Shown one piece after another: positions 38,006-51,439 of a DNA stretch of 64,000 nt (position 1 is its first letter; the number at the start of each line of letters is the position of its first letter). The stretch comes from Chrysomallon squamiferum. Lineage: Eukaryota > Animalia > Mollusca. A program made the position numbers and the translations under genes. The DNA is taken from positions 12,896,001 to 12,960,000 of the forward strand of contig CM022665.1 in the NCBI GenBank assembly GCA_012295275.1, in the 5' to 3' direction. A model generated the notes under the pieces. The model was not told where the DNA came from. It ran no database searches and worked only from the letters and a program-made list of their open reading frames with translations.

Positions 38006-39734
38006 TGTTCTGCTGCTGCTCTGGCTATTGTCGTTGTTGTTATTATTTATTTATTTATTATGATTATTGTGATTAATTAACTTTCAGATGCACGTATTCG
38101 GGCTCTAGCCGCTGCTTGGGCACGTAATGACTACGAACTCTCAGAGGCCTTTCTGTGCAACAGATCACAGTTTGGCTTGGTCGAAGTCCTCAAGTCCTTG
38201 ACTTTACTAGATTCAGGACGTCAGATTCGCGTCCTTGAAAAGAAGGTCAAAAGGCTACAGCTTTCAGGAAACAAGGTCAGCAGTAAAAAGATGGGAAAAC
38301 TGAAATCAGATATTGATAATCTGAAGGCAATCAAACCTCCGGTGAGTAGTCGACGTAACTCGATTTAGCGACTTTGATGGAACTAGAAATAAGTACCCCG
38401 CCACAATTATTTCATAGTATACTGTTTATATCAGAGGTGGATATCTGTGCATAAAATATAAACAACAACAGCAACAGAAGCACCAGCTACAACAAGAAAA
38501 ATGAACAAACAAATAAACAAACAAAAACGACCATGTCACATAGCAGTTTCAGCAACTTCTAAAAAAAAAAAAAAAAAACAAAAAGAAGATACTTTGAATA
38601 TCAAACATCCTATATTCAGTTTAGAATAAAATTTGTTATAAATGAATATTGCTGTCAGCAAACTATTAAAGAATAAACTAATGAAACTCCCAAAATAAAC
38701 ATTTTAATACTGTTTTTACTATTATTGACACACACTCACACACACAATAATTATTATTATTTTCTTTTACAGCGTGGAAGTGCTAGCGGTGCTGTGTGCA
38801 AACACATCAGGAGCTGGGTTCGAAACTTCACGTCGGACGATTTAGAATTCTACGCTCTACACTACCCTAAAGACCCGTGGAAGAAATTAGCTGATATTTG
38901 CCATTTCAGTCCTACTCAGGTAGCTCCCCGCTTACTAATCTGAATTGGTTTGACATACACTCTATTTATACTTTTTAAGAAAAAAAAAGAAGAAAGAAGC
39001 GTGCCCCAAACAAAAACAGTGACAACAACTCTAACGACAACGACACCAATAACATACGGATTTCTAGATTTTCTTGCATTTCAGTTCGTAATTAAGTAAT
39101 ATTTCCCAAATTATTATTGAAGTTTTTAAATGCACAGTAATATTTAAATAACAATCATATTTGTGGCATATTATAATATTCAGTAACCATAATATTTAAA
39201 CAATCACTAACTAAGTAATTATAATCTGTGGTAAGCTGTTGCATACTGTTTCGTAATCAGATTATTTATACCGCAGTTTACAACTTTTAATTCTGAAGCT
39301 GACTTATGCAAAATAACCAATTAATTGTATGCAATCCCGTAATTAATAATATGATGCTTATGGATTTTAAAAATACAAAATAATATCATATTTGTAGCAT
39401 GCTTTATTCACAGACTTTTTTTCTGTCAATGAATTTTTAATTAATTAAGTGACTGATTGTTTTTCAGGATTTCAGCACGTTACCATGGTTTCTCCCATAC
39501 TGTTTTGGTGGGCCGGCTCCCGAGAATTCCATGGTTGAAAAATGCCATGACGTCAGTGAATCGAATGTCAACGAATTACTGAAAGAATACCCAGTCCCTT
39601 ACAGCCACATCAAAACGTTCAAAAACAAGCTGACAGAAGAATCGAAACAGCGGATAGCTGAATATGAAGAAAAATTAGATACACTTTTATGGTAAGTTAC
39701 AAAACAGATGACAAAAAGTGGAATCCAGTTATAC

Positions 39735-39774
<40 letters not shown>

Positions 39775-40422
39775 AATAAATGGTTACTGCCTTAATATAT
39801 CAACTTTATCCAGAAAAAGTGAGAAAGCACCATAACAGTGAGGCTATGCCAAACAGCACTGGGCCATTCGATCTAAAAAAAAAAAAGGTAAAACTGGTAT
39901 CTTAAGACAGTAACCAATTATTTCTGTATCCTGCCGTCCTACAATCCATCTCCTGCTCACTCACTCAATCTCTCCACCACCCTCTCACGCACCCACTCGG
40001 TCACTACCTTACCAATTCACTCACTCACTGGTCTATTCATTTCATCAGTCTCAATAAATTCACATATCTCACATCGGCCTAAACAAATCTTATAAACATC
40101 TTTTAATTTACCAGTGATTTTCTTCAGGTATTACGAAGATTTGCAGTCTCTGGATGTTGACAAAACGGTCGAGAGACGTATTAACAACGGTGAAAAAATC
40201 AGCCTCCCCAACGGCAAACTGCTGGAAAGATTGCTAACCCTGAAAATAATCAGAGAGAATATTGTGAAGTCGTGGAATAAGAGTATCACGAGAGAGGAAA
40301 ATCCCGTTAAAGTTTGCTTCTTCAAAGATCTGATTCCAGCTGCCGAAGAAAGACTGAAGTCTATGAGGTTTGTATTATTTAAAGACAAATAACTCAAATC
40401 CCCACCCAAAACTAACCCCAAC

Positions 40423-40474
<52 letters not shown>

Positions 40475-41547
40475 TCACGCACACACACACAGAGACATAT
40501 GCACACAATAATAAATAGAAAACCTAACAACAATAAACAAAACAAAAAACAACAACAACAATAAAAAAGAAAAAAAAACAACAACAAAAAGCCCAGCCTA
40601 CTCCAAATAATCAAACAAAAACAGAACAACATTATTAAAAAAAACACACAAAAAAGAAAAAAAAAAAAGAACAAGAAACAAAAAAGAAAAAGAAAATATA
40701 AATAGACTCACTTCTTACAACTGTTATTTATACAGCCTGTCCCTAGAAGAGCCTATCGTTGTAATAGGCGATGCCTCTGGTTCTATGGAAGTGGCTATCC
40801 AAACGAGTACCATCATTGCAAGTATACTGACCGCCGTAACTTCAGCACGACTCGTGTTCTTCAACACAGAAAATCGCGAAGCTCCTTACCTACCCAAGAA
40901 CATAGAGGAGATACTTGAGTTAGCCGTGACCACCAAGGCAGAGGGAGGAACCACCCCTGCGGCAAGTCTCTGGCCATTCTTCGAGAAGAAGGAGATCGTT
41001 AAGACCTTCATCATGGTGACGGATGAGGAAGAAAACGGAAGTTACCAAACTTACAGGTGAGAACAGTTTAAAGTGTTCAGTAATTATGTCAGAATGAAAA
41101 TTGTTAAAATTACAAGTAGAAATTGTGATACTTTCGTATATGTGAAAACGAAAGATGACCAACTTCATACGTTGCTCATTTGATAAAAATAGATTTTCTT
41201 ATTCGAACGGAAATGAGTAAATACTAGAAATCATTATCCATGCGTATACTATAAAAAAAATATATAATTAAAAAAATAATAAAATAAAAAAAATAAAAAA
41301 AATAAGAAGAAAAAATGCCTAAGAAATACTACTCATTAATGAATACATTATTGATTTACTGTTGTTGATATTACTGTTACTTTGTTATCATCATCCTCAT
41401 TATTATAATTATTATCATTGTTATTATTATTAATATTATTATTATTATTGTTATTATTATTATTACTGTTGCTGAAATTGATATTGTTGTAAATGTTTTT
41501 TGTTGTTAATATAATAATAACATCACCGTCATCATCATTATTATTAC

Positions 41548-41618
<71 letters not shown>

Positions 41619-41939
41619 CTGCATTTCAGGTTTGCAGAGTTATTTAAAAAGTACTATGAAGATGTGTATCCGGCCAAACTGGTTTTCGTCTCCTTCTTAG
41701 CTCACCAGCACGTCCATGGACATATGGTCAGCGAACTCAACAAAGTAGGAATAAATCCGCTTCAGTTCAGGTTAGACGGAAATCGGCCAGACCTGACCAA
41801 ACTGGACAATCTGTTCGGACTCCTCTCCTCCGAAGCGGAAACTTTTAAGGACGAAATTGGCAGCCTGGAGAACAAAATTAATCTGAACGGATTGCAGAAT
41901 GTTTTTCAAGAACTGAAGTCTGTGGAGGAATCCGAATGA
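36752..41939 (+). CDS. Ro60/TROVE-like protein with C-terminal vWA (MIDAS) domain and N-terminal RG repeat, 582 aa, 7 exons
   Basis: Exons 36752-37004, 38088-38341, 38773-38919, 39468-39691, 40128-40367, 40736-41056 and 41630-41939 join into a 1749-nt open frame. vWA motifs [11 protein letters not shown] (DxSxS), GGTT and [10 protein letters not shown] follow a helical-looking region. Starts [17 protein letters not shown]. The gene model is solid; the Ro60/TROVE affinity is an inference. Confidence 0.8.
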
Positions 41940-43082
41940 AAATGTATTTGAAATCAAACTACTCCAGTTTTGGTGAATGTTAATGTTGCGTTAAATCTCT
42001 TGTTTGATGTTATTGTATTAAAGAATGAGATTAAACCAGAGAGTTTTAGTTGTTTTTTTTTTTGCTGTTTTTTTTAAAATCGGATTTTGGTTTCAATATA
42101 CGAGTGAAAAGTTGTCTTGTCTAGCTGCAGTGTCAAAGTTACGATTACAGCATAATTACTGATCATCCTTACGTTCAGTTCTATATTTTACATTTCTTTT
42201 GGCTTACATTTTAAATAGAAAACTGAAGAAATCGTAATCGTACTAATAAAACTTAACAGTTAAAATTATTCCAATCTTTATTTAAATTTCAGTATAGTCA
42301 TTTTATATTTTGTTTCACGTCAGACTTTAAAACTTAAACCAGATAGATCGACAGATAAGATATTTCGACAGACTGATAAAGAGAGATCATTAGACAGATA
42401 GAGATACATTTAGAAATATAGATAGATCATTAGAGATACATTTAGAAATATAGATAGATCATTAGACAGAGATACATATAGAAATATAGATAGATCATTA
42501 GACAAAGATATAAAAATATACATGGATGCACTGACGGGCAGAGAGAGATAAACACACAGACAAAAATCAGAAAGAGAAAGAAACAAAACAAACAAACAAA
42601 AAAACCTCCCGATGAGTGCAATACAGATAATAATATGCTTACTTTATTAAACAAAAAACAGCCGATACAAAAAAAAACCCCATAAAAACAAAAACAAAAA
42701 ACAAAAACATCAGTATTATGCTAATAACAAAAAGTACTTTATTACATATATTTTACCTTAATAGATGTGTGTAACATTTTCTTAACTGTCATCATCTGAC
42801 GGTCTTCATAAAAAAAATACATATCATGATGTATCCATATCATTAGCAACATCCGGTGCTTCATATTCAGTTTAATTTCTTTCAGTTTTAATCAGTGGAT
42901 GCTACAAGAATTCGGATTAGTGTCAGAATATCCAACATTCCGCTTATACATTGAAGAAAAATAAATCTAAATAAATAATTAAGGACTCCTCTACATTGTT
43001 ATATAACTGTCTTATTAATACGATCGCGGAAAAAGACTTAGATGTAAGCTGCTGCTAATGTGGAAAATTCCTAGGAAATGTT

Positions 43083-44151
43083 TTATTTCATCAGCGTGGC
43101 AAAAACACAGCCCATCAAAGAAACACATCCCATAGACAGCATGGTGGCATCAGATTTTGTCTGAAACAAGTAAGTAAGTAAGTAGGTAAATGTGTATGTA
43201 TGCATGCATGTATGTATATATGTATGTATTTATGCATGTATGAATGTATGTGAAATTATAATATTAGATAAAAACAACAATGAGAATAATCATAATAACA
43301 AAACAAACAAATAAACAAATACATTTAAAATAAAATAAAATAAATAATAACAACAACAAATACATAAGAACAAAAAAAAAAAAAAAAATCATAATAATAA
43401 TATAAACAAAATAAAATAAAATAAAATAAATACGTAAGTAAGTAAGTAAGTAAACAAAACTGATTTAATAGAAAAAATCGGTCTTACTGTGGTTTCCAGA
43501 CATGTTGTTGCTGTTTGTCGTCGAACGCGTTTTAATGGTGCTACAGTGACTGGTACTAGTGTTCCAATGGTTTCTTCTCGTGTCCCAGCGGTTGTTGTGA
43601 TACATGGGTCCTTTGCTTTACTGTCCCCTTTTGATGACGCATATATACGTATATATACACATATATATACACACACACAAACACACATACGCACATAATC
43701 ACAGCCATCCAAACACATATAACCACCTCACACACCCATACGTCAACACGGAAACGCAAAGACAGTTAAGAATCTCAACAATAATTATATTTAGAAATCA
43801 AAAACAAATTTTCTCTCATCTTTTTTACAGATCATTTCTATCATTCGTAGACGTATACAAAATTTAAAATTTTACAAGGACTTTATAATGACCCTGTATT
43901 TATAATGCAATCCATGAAATCACTTACATAAAAGAATATCACAATAATTCAGATTAAGAAATGGAAAATGTATTATAATATATAAAAAGGCTATTTAAAC
44001 GTTTTTTGATAGTTGACTTCATTTGATAATGAGTTTAATAACGCGAATAAGTCACTTGAAAATCTAAATAGTAATAAAAATACCAGTAAAACATACTTAT
44101 TAGTAGAGCGAACCAGAAGAAAAGAAGACTTCCAAAAATACACAGCTTCAT
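43083..44151 (-). CDS. Small predicted GPI-anchored/secreted peptide precursor, cluster gene 1 (about 90 aa)
   Basis: Exons 44097-44151, 43488-43627 (AAG acceptor inferred) and 43083-43160 give MKLCIFGSLLFFWFALLI-RDSKAKDPCITTTAGTREETIGTLVPVTVAPLKRVRRQTATTCLETT-TKSDATMLSMGCVSLMGCVFATLMK*. Non-coding exon 1 ends at 44921. Confidence 0.65.
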
Positions 44152-44519
44152 TTTGAAAATCAGCAAAGAAGATAATCTGCGATAATGATCATTAAGAATA
44201 TTGAAACTTGAAAAATGAAAATCTGATGTCGTCCAAAAAAAAAAAAAAAATTCGAACAACTTTTTCTATACGTTTGAATGTCTGCTATATTTTGATTAGT
44301 CACCAGTCTTTGATAATAATGAAGTAACTTGAATTAGAGAATGTATACAGAATTATATATCTTATTTCTTCGTAATGTCATTATATATTTATATTACAAA
44401 TTCCTCAGGATACATGTTTGTAATAATTTAGCCTGTAAATTAGGTGGCTTTATTATTATTATTTTTAATCACTTTACATTTGCATCTACTCTCACTGTTA
44501 TATTAAATAAAAAGTAAAC

Positions 44520-44890
44520 AAAACTAAACTCAACCAATTTAAACTAAAACTAAAACTAACACTAAAACTAAACTTAACTTAACTAAACTAAATTAAATTA
44601 AACTAAATTAAACTAAATTAAATTAATCTAAACTAAACCAAACCAATCTAAAACTAAAACTAAAACTAAAACTAAAACTAAAACTAAACTTAACTAAACT
44701 AAACTAAATTAAACTAAATTAAATTAATCTAAACTAAAATAAAATAAACTTTATCAAAGCAAGCTAAATAATATTAAACTAAACTAAAACTAAGCTAAGC
44801 TAAACTAAACTAAAACTTGGCTAAGCTAAACTAAACTAAATTACACTACATTAAACTAAGCTAAACTAAATTAAACTAAACTAAACTAAA
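44520..44890. repeat. (AAACT)n/(AAAACT)n satellite, duplicated at about 49320-49580
   Basis: Read directly from the sequence; lies in intron 1 of both duplicated genes. Confidence 0.9.
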
Positions 44891-46108
44891 ATATATTTTT
44901 AATGTGATATCGTTACTTACCTGAATCCGTTTTAACTTTCACTAACTGCTATCCATTTCACATTGCTTATTAATACACATCCGTTATTTACTTTTCTACT
45001 TATCTAACATAACTGTTTCATATTAAACTTACACTAAAGAAATAGTTAAATATATTTTCCATTTTACCTGAATTTGGTGTAAACACTTTAACAAAAAGCA
45101 TTTGAACGTCCTCAAATAGTATTTCATAAATATGTATTTAAAGTTTTTATTATCTACCACAGTGATTAAGAAAGGCGACATCTCGCTGCCATCCCGTTCT
45201 TCAGAATCAATAGAAGTCCATTAAGTAATTTTTGTTCTTAATCTGAGTGTTTTATAACAATTGCTTTATACGTGCGTTGCCAACCTAGGGCACGATATTT
45301 TATCATCATCAAACGAAATTCACGCGGAACACATTTTAATATTACTGAGCTGTCCGTTTATTCGTCACAGTGGAATCTTTTGTCCATCTATGGCCTAGTT
45401 AAATTAGCGACAATTCTTTGTCAATGTAGGTAAATATGTTAGAGCACTAACTTTGTTAATTAATAATCACATCTTTTGAACTTAGCACGTATGTCGCTAC
45501 CCAGTAAACAGTTAATATTAAGAGTACAAAACGAGAGTTTGTTTGTTTGAAGATTCCTCATGAATTTTAAATATTGATCATTAATAATTTTTTGTATAAT
45601 ATCACTGTGAGACATAAACCTCTAAGAGATCGTTTTACTTATTAACATCAAGTGAACAGTTAACAGGAAATACAAACAAACAGAAAAGTACGCAGTATGA
45701 CCTTTGATATTCCAGTTCTTGGACAGTGTCTGAAAGAACATGTACTAATAACTGCATGCTGAAGAGTCGATCTATTGAACTACTGCTCTTCAGGCAGGTA
45801 CCAACGTACTCACAGCTGTTATCAGATTTTATAATAAGTGAAGAGATTTTGTTCTTAAAACTGGTTCAATGTTCTTCAAGCTTTAAAATTTATTTTGTGA
45901 AAAATAGATTTGCTTGATAGAATATTAAAAAAAACCCCAAAACTGACAACCCCCCCAAAAAAAAAACCACACAAATAAACAACCAGTCCCCCACAAAAAA
46001 GAAAAAGTTAGGATTAAAACAAAAAAGAAGAAGTTAGGATTAAAACAAAAATATCCATAATCCTTACTTTCCTTATTACATTGTACTTGTTTACAGTTCA
46101 AATTTTAA

Positions 46109-46153
<45 letters not shown>

Positions 46154-46882
46154 CAGATAGACTGATAGATAGAAAGATAGATAGATAGATCATTAGAGAG
46201 AAAATGACTGGACAGATGGAGACAGATACACGTAGACAACCAAAACGAAAGAAAGAAAGAGATAAAAAAGTAAACAACAATCAAGAAAAGAAGTATATTT
46301 TATTTGAAATTGTAACAGACAAATGCTAAAATACAAATAACAGTATCACTTTATTAATACTTTCTTAATTCTGTTCTAAAAAACAATATTTTGCAAATAA
46401 AAAGTTATGCCAATAAATTCAGAAACGATATAAAGTTCTTTACTAAATGTATTTTGTCATAGTGTTTATATCCGTTTCTGTTTTCAAAAAATTCTCTTTT
46501 GTTTCTTCTTAATCTGGCGGTTTTCATGAAGACATTAAGACATGAGAATCTTAGCAATCAAAATTTAAAAAGAAATTCTCATTAGTAATAAGTATATCAA
46601 GCACGATACACAGACAAATTTAACAGACATACATATATATTTATAACATCCACATCATCAAGAGCATTCAGGTCCTCTTTTTCAGTTTCAATCAGTGGAT
46701 GCTACAAGAATTCGGATTAGTGTCAGAATATCCAACATTCCGATTATACATTGAAGAAAAATACATCTAAATAAATAATTAAGGACTCCTCTACATTGTT
46801 ATATAACTGTCTTATTAATACGGTAGAGGTAAAAGGCTTAGATGTAAACTGCTGGTAATGTGGAAAATTCCTAGGAAATGTT

Positions 46883-48152
46883 TTATTTCATCAGCGTGGC
46901 AAAAACACAGCCCATCAAAGAAACATATCCCATAGACAGCATGGTGGCACCAAATTTTGGCTGAAACAAGAAAGTAAGTAAGTAAGTATGTATATATGTA
47001 TGCATACATGCATGTATATATGTTTGTATGTATGTATGCATGTATGTATCTATGTATGTATGTGTGTATGTGTGTATGTATGTATTATTAGGAAAAAAGG
47101 AAGAAACTCAATGATCATAAATTTAATGAGCATAATGATAATAAAACAAACAAACAAACAAAATAATAAATAAATAAACAAAAATAAAATTAAAGTAACA
47201 GCAACAAGACTGAGTTCAACAACAACAATGACGACAGTAATAATATAACTGACGATAATATTTAATTACTGCATTTCCACAGATTTAAATATGAAATTAT
47301 GATGAATTACACTGAATGAAGCAACAGCAGCAACAAAATAATCAAACAAAAAGCAAATAAAATAAATAAATAAATAAAAACAAAAAGAGAAATAATGAAA
47401 AAAGAAGACGAAGAAAGAATAAGAGACCACTGTGCATTTATTTATATATTTTCTAATGAAGAGTAGCAGTTTCTGTGTCAGCTAGTACCCTCGACGTGTT
47501 TATCAAAAGTGTTGGTCTAATTTACAAGAGAGACCATTTGAAGTGGCAGCTACAGCTTTTATATCTTATACGATCATAACAAACACAACCACACAGACAT
47601 ACACATAAAACAAAACAACAACAAGAGAAAAACAACAACAAATAGAGTAAAAACAACAATAAAAAACATCATACCTGTAAATATTAAAATGTTAGATTAA
47701 TTTACATATGTTAAAACATTTATTTATTTATTCTAAACGCTCATAGTTTTGCATTATACTGAATTATGCAAGAATTACAAGAACTAATTTAAAAGGAAAA
47801 AAAAAATAATAATAATAATAATAATGAAAACAAACAAAAAAATAAACTAAACATTAAAATTAAAATTAAATAGATACAAATAAAACCTATCTTACTATGA
47901 TTTCCAGACATGTTGTTGCTGTTTCTTGCTGTTTGTCTGGTGGTGCAGTCGTATCTCTTGGTTGTGCAGTCGTATCTCTTAGTGGTGCAGTCGTGTCTGA
48001 TGGTGGTTCAGTCGTGTCTGTTTGTGGTTCAGTAGAATATTCTTGTGCTGTAGTTATTTGTTCTGATGCTGCAGATATACATACATACATATATATAGAT
48101 ATACATACACATACATACATACATACACATACATACATTGTATACAGAATAA

Positions 48153-48185
<33 letters not shown>

Positions 48186-48944
48186 CACTTACCTATACAC
48201 ACAGTCAAACATGCACAAAATTCTCCACACCATTTATATATATATAATACACACACACACACACACACACATGCCTGTGTATCTAAGCTTATATACGCAT
48301 AAAAAAACTGGATTCAACATTATCAAAATAATGCATCAGTGGGTTTGTTCTTTGTGTTACATAATACTAAACTCTGTGCCTTTAATAAAAATGATATACA
48401 GCAATCATGAAACACTTATTAAGTATGTACTACAAGGTCGTTATAAAGTCCTTGCGTAATACTGAATTTTATAATTCTAATCAATACAACGTTATTAAGG
48501 ATACAAATCATAATTCGATTCTGAAGTTCTAGAAATACATTTTGCAGCTGATTTTCTGTTATACCATAATGATGGCCATGTGGAAAATTAAGAATCTCAA
48601 TAAATATATTTAAAATACTTTACAGAACAGAATTATTCAAATTTAAAATTGTACAAGGACTTTATGATGATTCTCTGTTTATAATATGGTTCATAAAATC
48701 ACTTACAAAAAGGAATTTTACAGCAATTCAGATTACAAAATAATAAAAAAAAGAAATTACAATATATAAAAAATCTAATTAAAATCTTTTTTTTTTTTTT
48801 GACAATTAACTTCATTTGATAATGAGTTTAGACTCGCAAATAAGACACTTGAAAATCTAGATAGTAATAAAAATACCAGTAAAACATACTTATTAGTAGA
48901 GCGAACCAGAAGAAAAGAAGACTTCCAAAAATACACAGCTTCAT
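46883..48944 (-). CDS. Small predicted GPI-anchored mucin-like peptide precursor, cluster gene 2 (101 aa)
   Basis: Exons 48890-48944, 47896-48068 and 46883-46960 with canonical splice sites give MKLCIFGSLLFFWFALLI-TSEQITTAQEYSTEPQTDTTEPPSDTTAPLRDTTAQPRDTTAPPDKQQETATTCLEII-PKFGATMLSMGYVSLMGCVFATLMK*. Non-coding exon 1 ends at 49612. Confidence 0.8.
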
Positions 48945-51400
48945 TTTGAAAATCAGCAAAGAAGATAATCTGCGATAAAGATCATTAAGAATATTGAAAC
49001 TTGAAAAATTAAAACCTGATGTCCAAAAAAAAAAAAATTCGAACAACGTTTTCTATACGTTTAAATGTCTGTTATATTTTGATTAGTCACCAGTTTTTGA
49101 TAATAATGAAGTAACTTGAATTAGAGAATGTATACAGAATTATATTTCTTATTTCTTCGTAATGTCATTATATATTTATATTACAAATTCCTCAGGATAC
49201 ATGTTTGTAATAATTTAGCCTGTAAATTAGGTGGCTTTATTATTATTATTTTTATTATTATTTTTTATCACTTTACATTTGCATCTACTCTCACTGTTAT
49301 TTTAAATAAAAAGTAAACAAAACTAAACCAAACAAATCTAAATCTAAATCTAAAACTAAAACTAAAACTAAAACTAAAACTAAAACTAAAACTAAACTTA
49401 ACTAAACTAAACTAAATTAAACTAAATTAAACTAAATTAAATTAATCTAAACTAAAATAAAATAAACTTTATCAAAGCAAGCTAAATAATATTAAACTAA
49501 CTAAAACTTGGCTAAGCTAAACTAAACTAAATTACACTACATTAAACTAAGCTAAACTAAACTAAACTAAACTAAACTAAAATATAATTTTAATGTGATA
49601 TCGTTACTTACCTGAATCCGTTTTAACTTTCACTAACTGCTATCCATTTCACATCGCTTATTAATACACATCCGTTATTTACTTTTCTATTTATCTAACA
49701 TAATTGTTTCATATTAAACTTACACTAAAGAAATAGTTAAATATATTTTTCATATTTTGTCATCATCAAACGAAATTCACGCGGAACACATTTTAATATT
49801 ACTGAGCTGTCCGTTTATTCGTCACAGTGGAATCTTTTGTCCATCTATGGCCTAGTTAAATTAGCGACAATTCTTTGTCAATGTAGGTAAATATGTAAAC
49901 TAACTTTGTTAATTAATAATCACATCTTTTGAACTTAGCACGTATGTCGCTACCCAGTAAACAGTTAATATTATGAGTACAAAACGAGAGTTTGTTTGTT
50001 TGAAGATTGCTCATGAATTTTAAATATTGATCATTAATAATTTTTTGTATAATGTCACTGTGAGACATAAACCTCTAAGAGATCGTTTTACTTATTAACA
50101 TCAAATGAACAGTTAACAGGAAATACAAACAAACAGAAAAGTACGCAATATGACCTTTGATATTCCAGTTCTTGGACAGTGTCTGAAAGAACATGTACTA
50201 ATAACTGCATGCTGAAGAGTCGATCTATTGAACTATTGCTCTTCAGGCAGGTACCAACGTACTCACAGCTGTTATCAGATTTTATAATAAGTGAACATTT
50301 TTGTTAAAAATGACAGAAATGTTAAAACTGGTTCAGTGTCCTCCCAGAAAAAGCGACACATTAAAAAACAAGAACAATAATAATAAAAAAGATAAATAGA
50401 TAAAAAAAAATAAAAAAAATAATAATAATAAATAATTAAAAAAATAAAGCCCAAAACAAAGAAAAACCTAGACAACTAACAAACCAACAAAAAACAACAC
50501 ATTAACAACAAAATCTAGAAATAAACAACGAAAACAAATAAACAACAACGTGGCCTGCTGTAAATGATTAGCAGCAAAAGGAATATTTTACGTGCAGCTC
50601 TACTAGTCACAGTCTTTAATACAGGAGTATTAGTTGTAACGGGAAATATCTCAGTGAAAAGCTTGATCTTGCAGTCAGCCATACTTCAGCTGTACCACTG
50701 AGTTAATGATTCATTTTAATGTCCGCACCTTCTTCTTCGTGCTGTTTATTAAACACATATAAAAAATAAAAAAATAAAATAAAATAAAATAAAATTAAAT
50801 TAAATTAAATTAAATTAAATAAATAAAAATAAATAAAATAAATAAATACATTTTTTTTTTTTTTTAAATTAAAAATTTAAAAATAAATTCTTGATTATTC
50901 ACTGCGAGATTTTGTGAAACACACAAACGAAAGTGACAATTCAGTTTGTTGTTGTCTGGTTTTTTTTTTTCTCTAATCTAGAATGCTCATTCACTGATTC
51001 AGTTAGAGCAAAAAAACGCGTGCGCTCAACTGAAATCAATGGTTTCTCATGTCGTTCTCGTAGTACGCGCCCGGTTAGGATACAGCATAAAAACAAAAAC
51101 CTCGATTCTAGCCATTAACTGTTTGATGTCTGATGTTTTTGCAGTTATATTTTTCATCGCAACGATGTCGGTATTTTTCAAACGGTAACCGTACACATAA
51201 ACGAATTCATTCAGTGGATATCGTTTCTATCGGAATAGTTACGGCCATGTAATACTATTCTTTATGCACTGTCTTCAAATAACATAGTATGAGTTGTCGC
51301 CCTTCCTTCAACATAATTTTAACTAGATGTACAAGATAATTTTAACTAGTGGCTTTATCATGCCTGTTAGAAAATGAAAGTAGTCCAAAAAAACAACAAC

Positions 51401-51439
<39 letters not shown>

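Larger units (their letters stand above)
42880..50335. repeat. Recent tandem segmental duplication (unit A about 42880-45890, unit B about 46680-50335)
   Basis: 3'UTR, last exon, signal exon, first intron with (AAACT)n satellite, first exon and upstream flank are near-identical. Unit A has an extra ~240 bp at about 45060-45300. Confidence 0.9.

Noticed and set aside
35100-42400. A Y-RNA-like or tRNA gene near the Ro60-like gene
   Set aside because: No recognisable stem, Pol III box pattern or cloverleaf by eye; an Infernal/tRNAscan search would be needed to exclude it.
44520-49580. AAACT arrays as telomeric or CRISPR-like repeats
   Set aside because: Simple degenerate pentamer/hexamer satellite with no unique spacers; not TTAGGG; eukaryotic intron.
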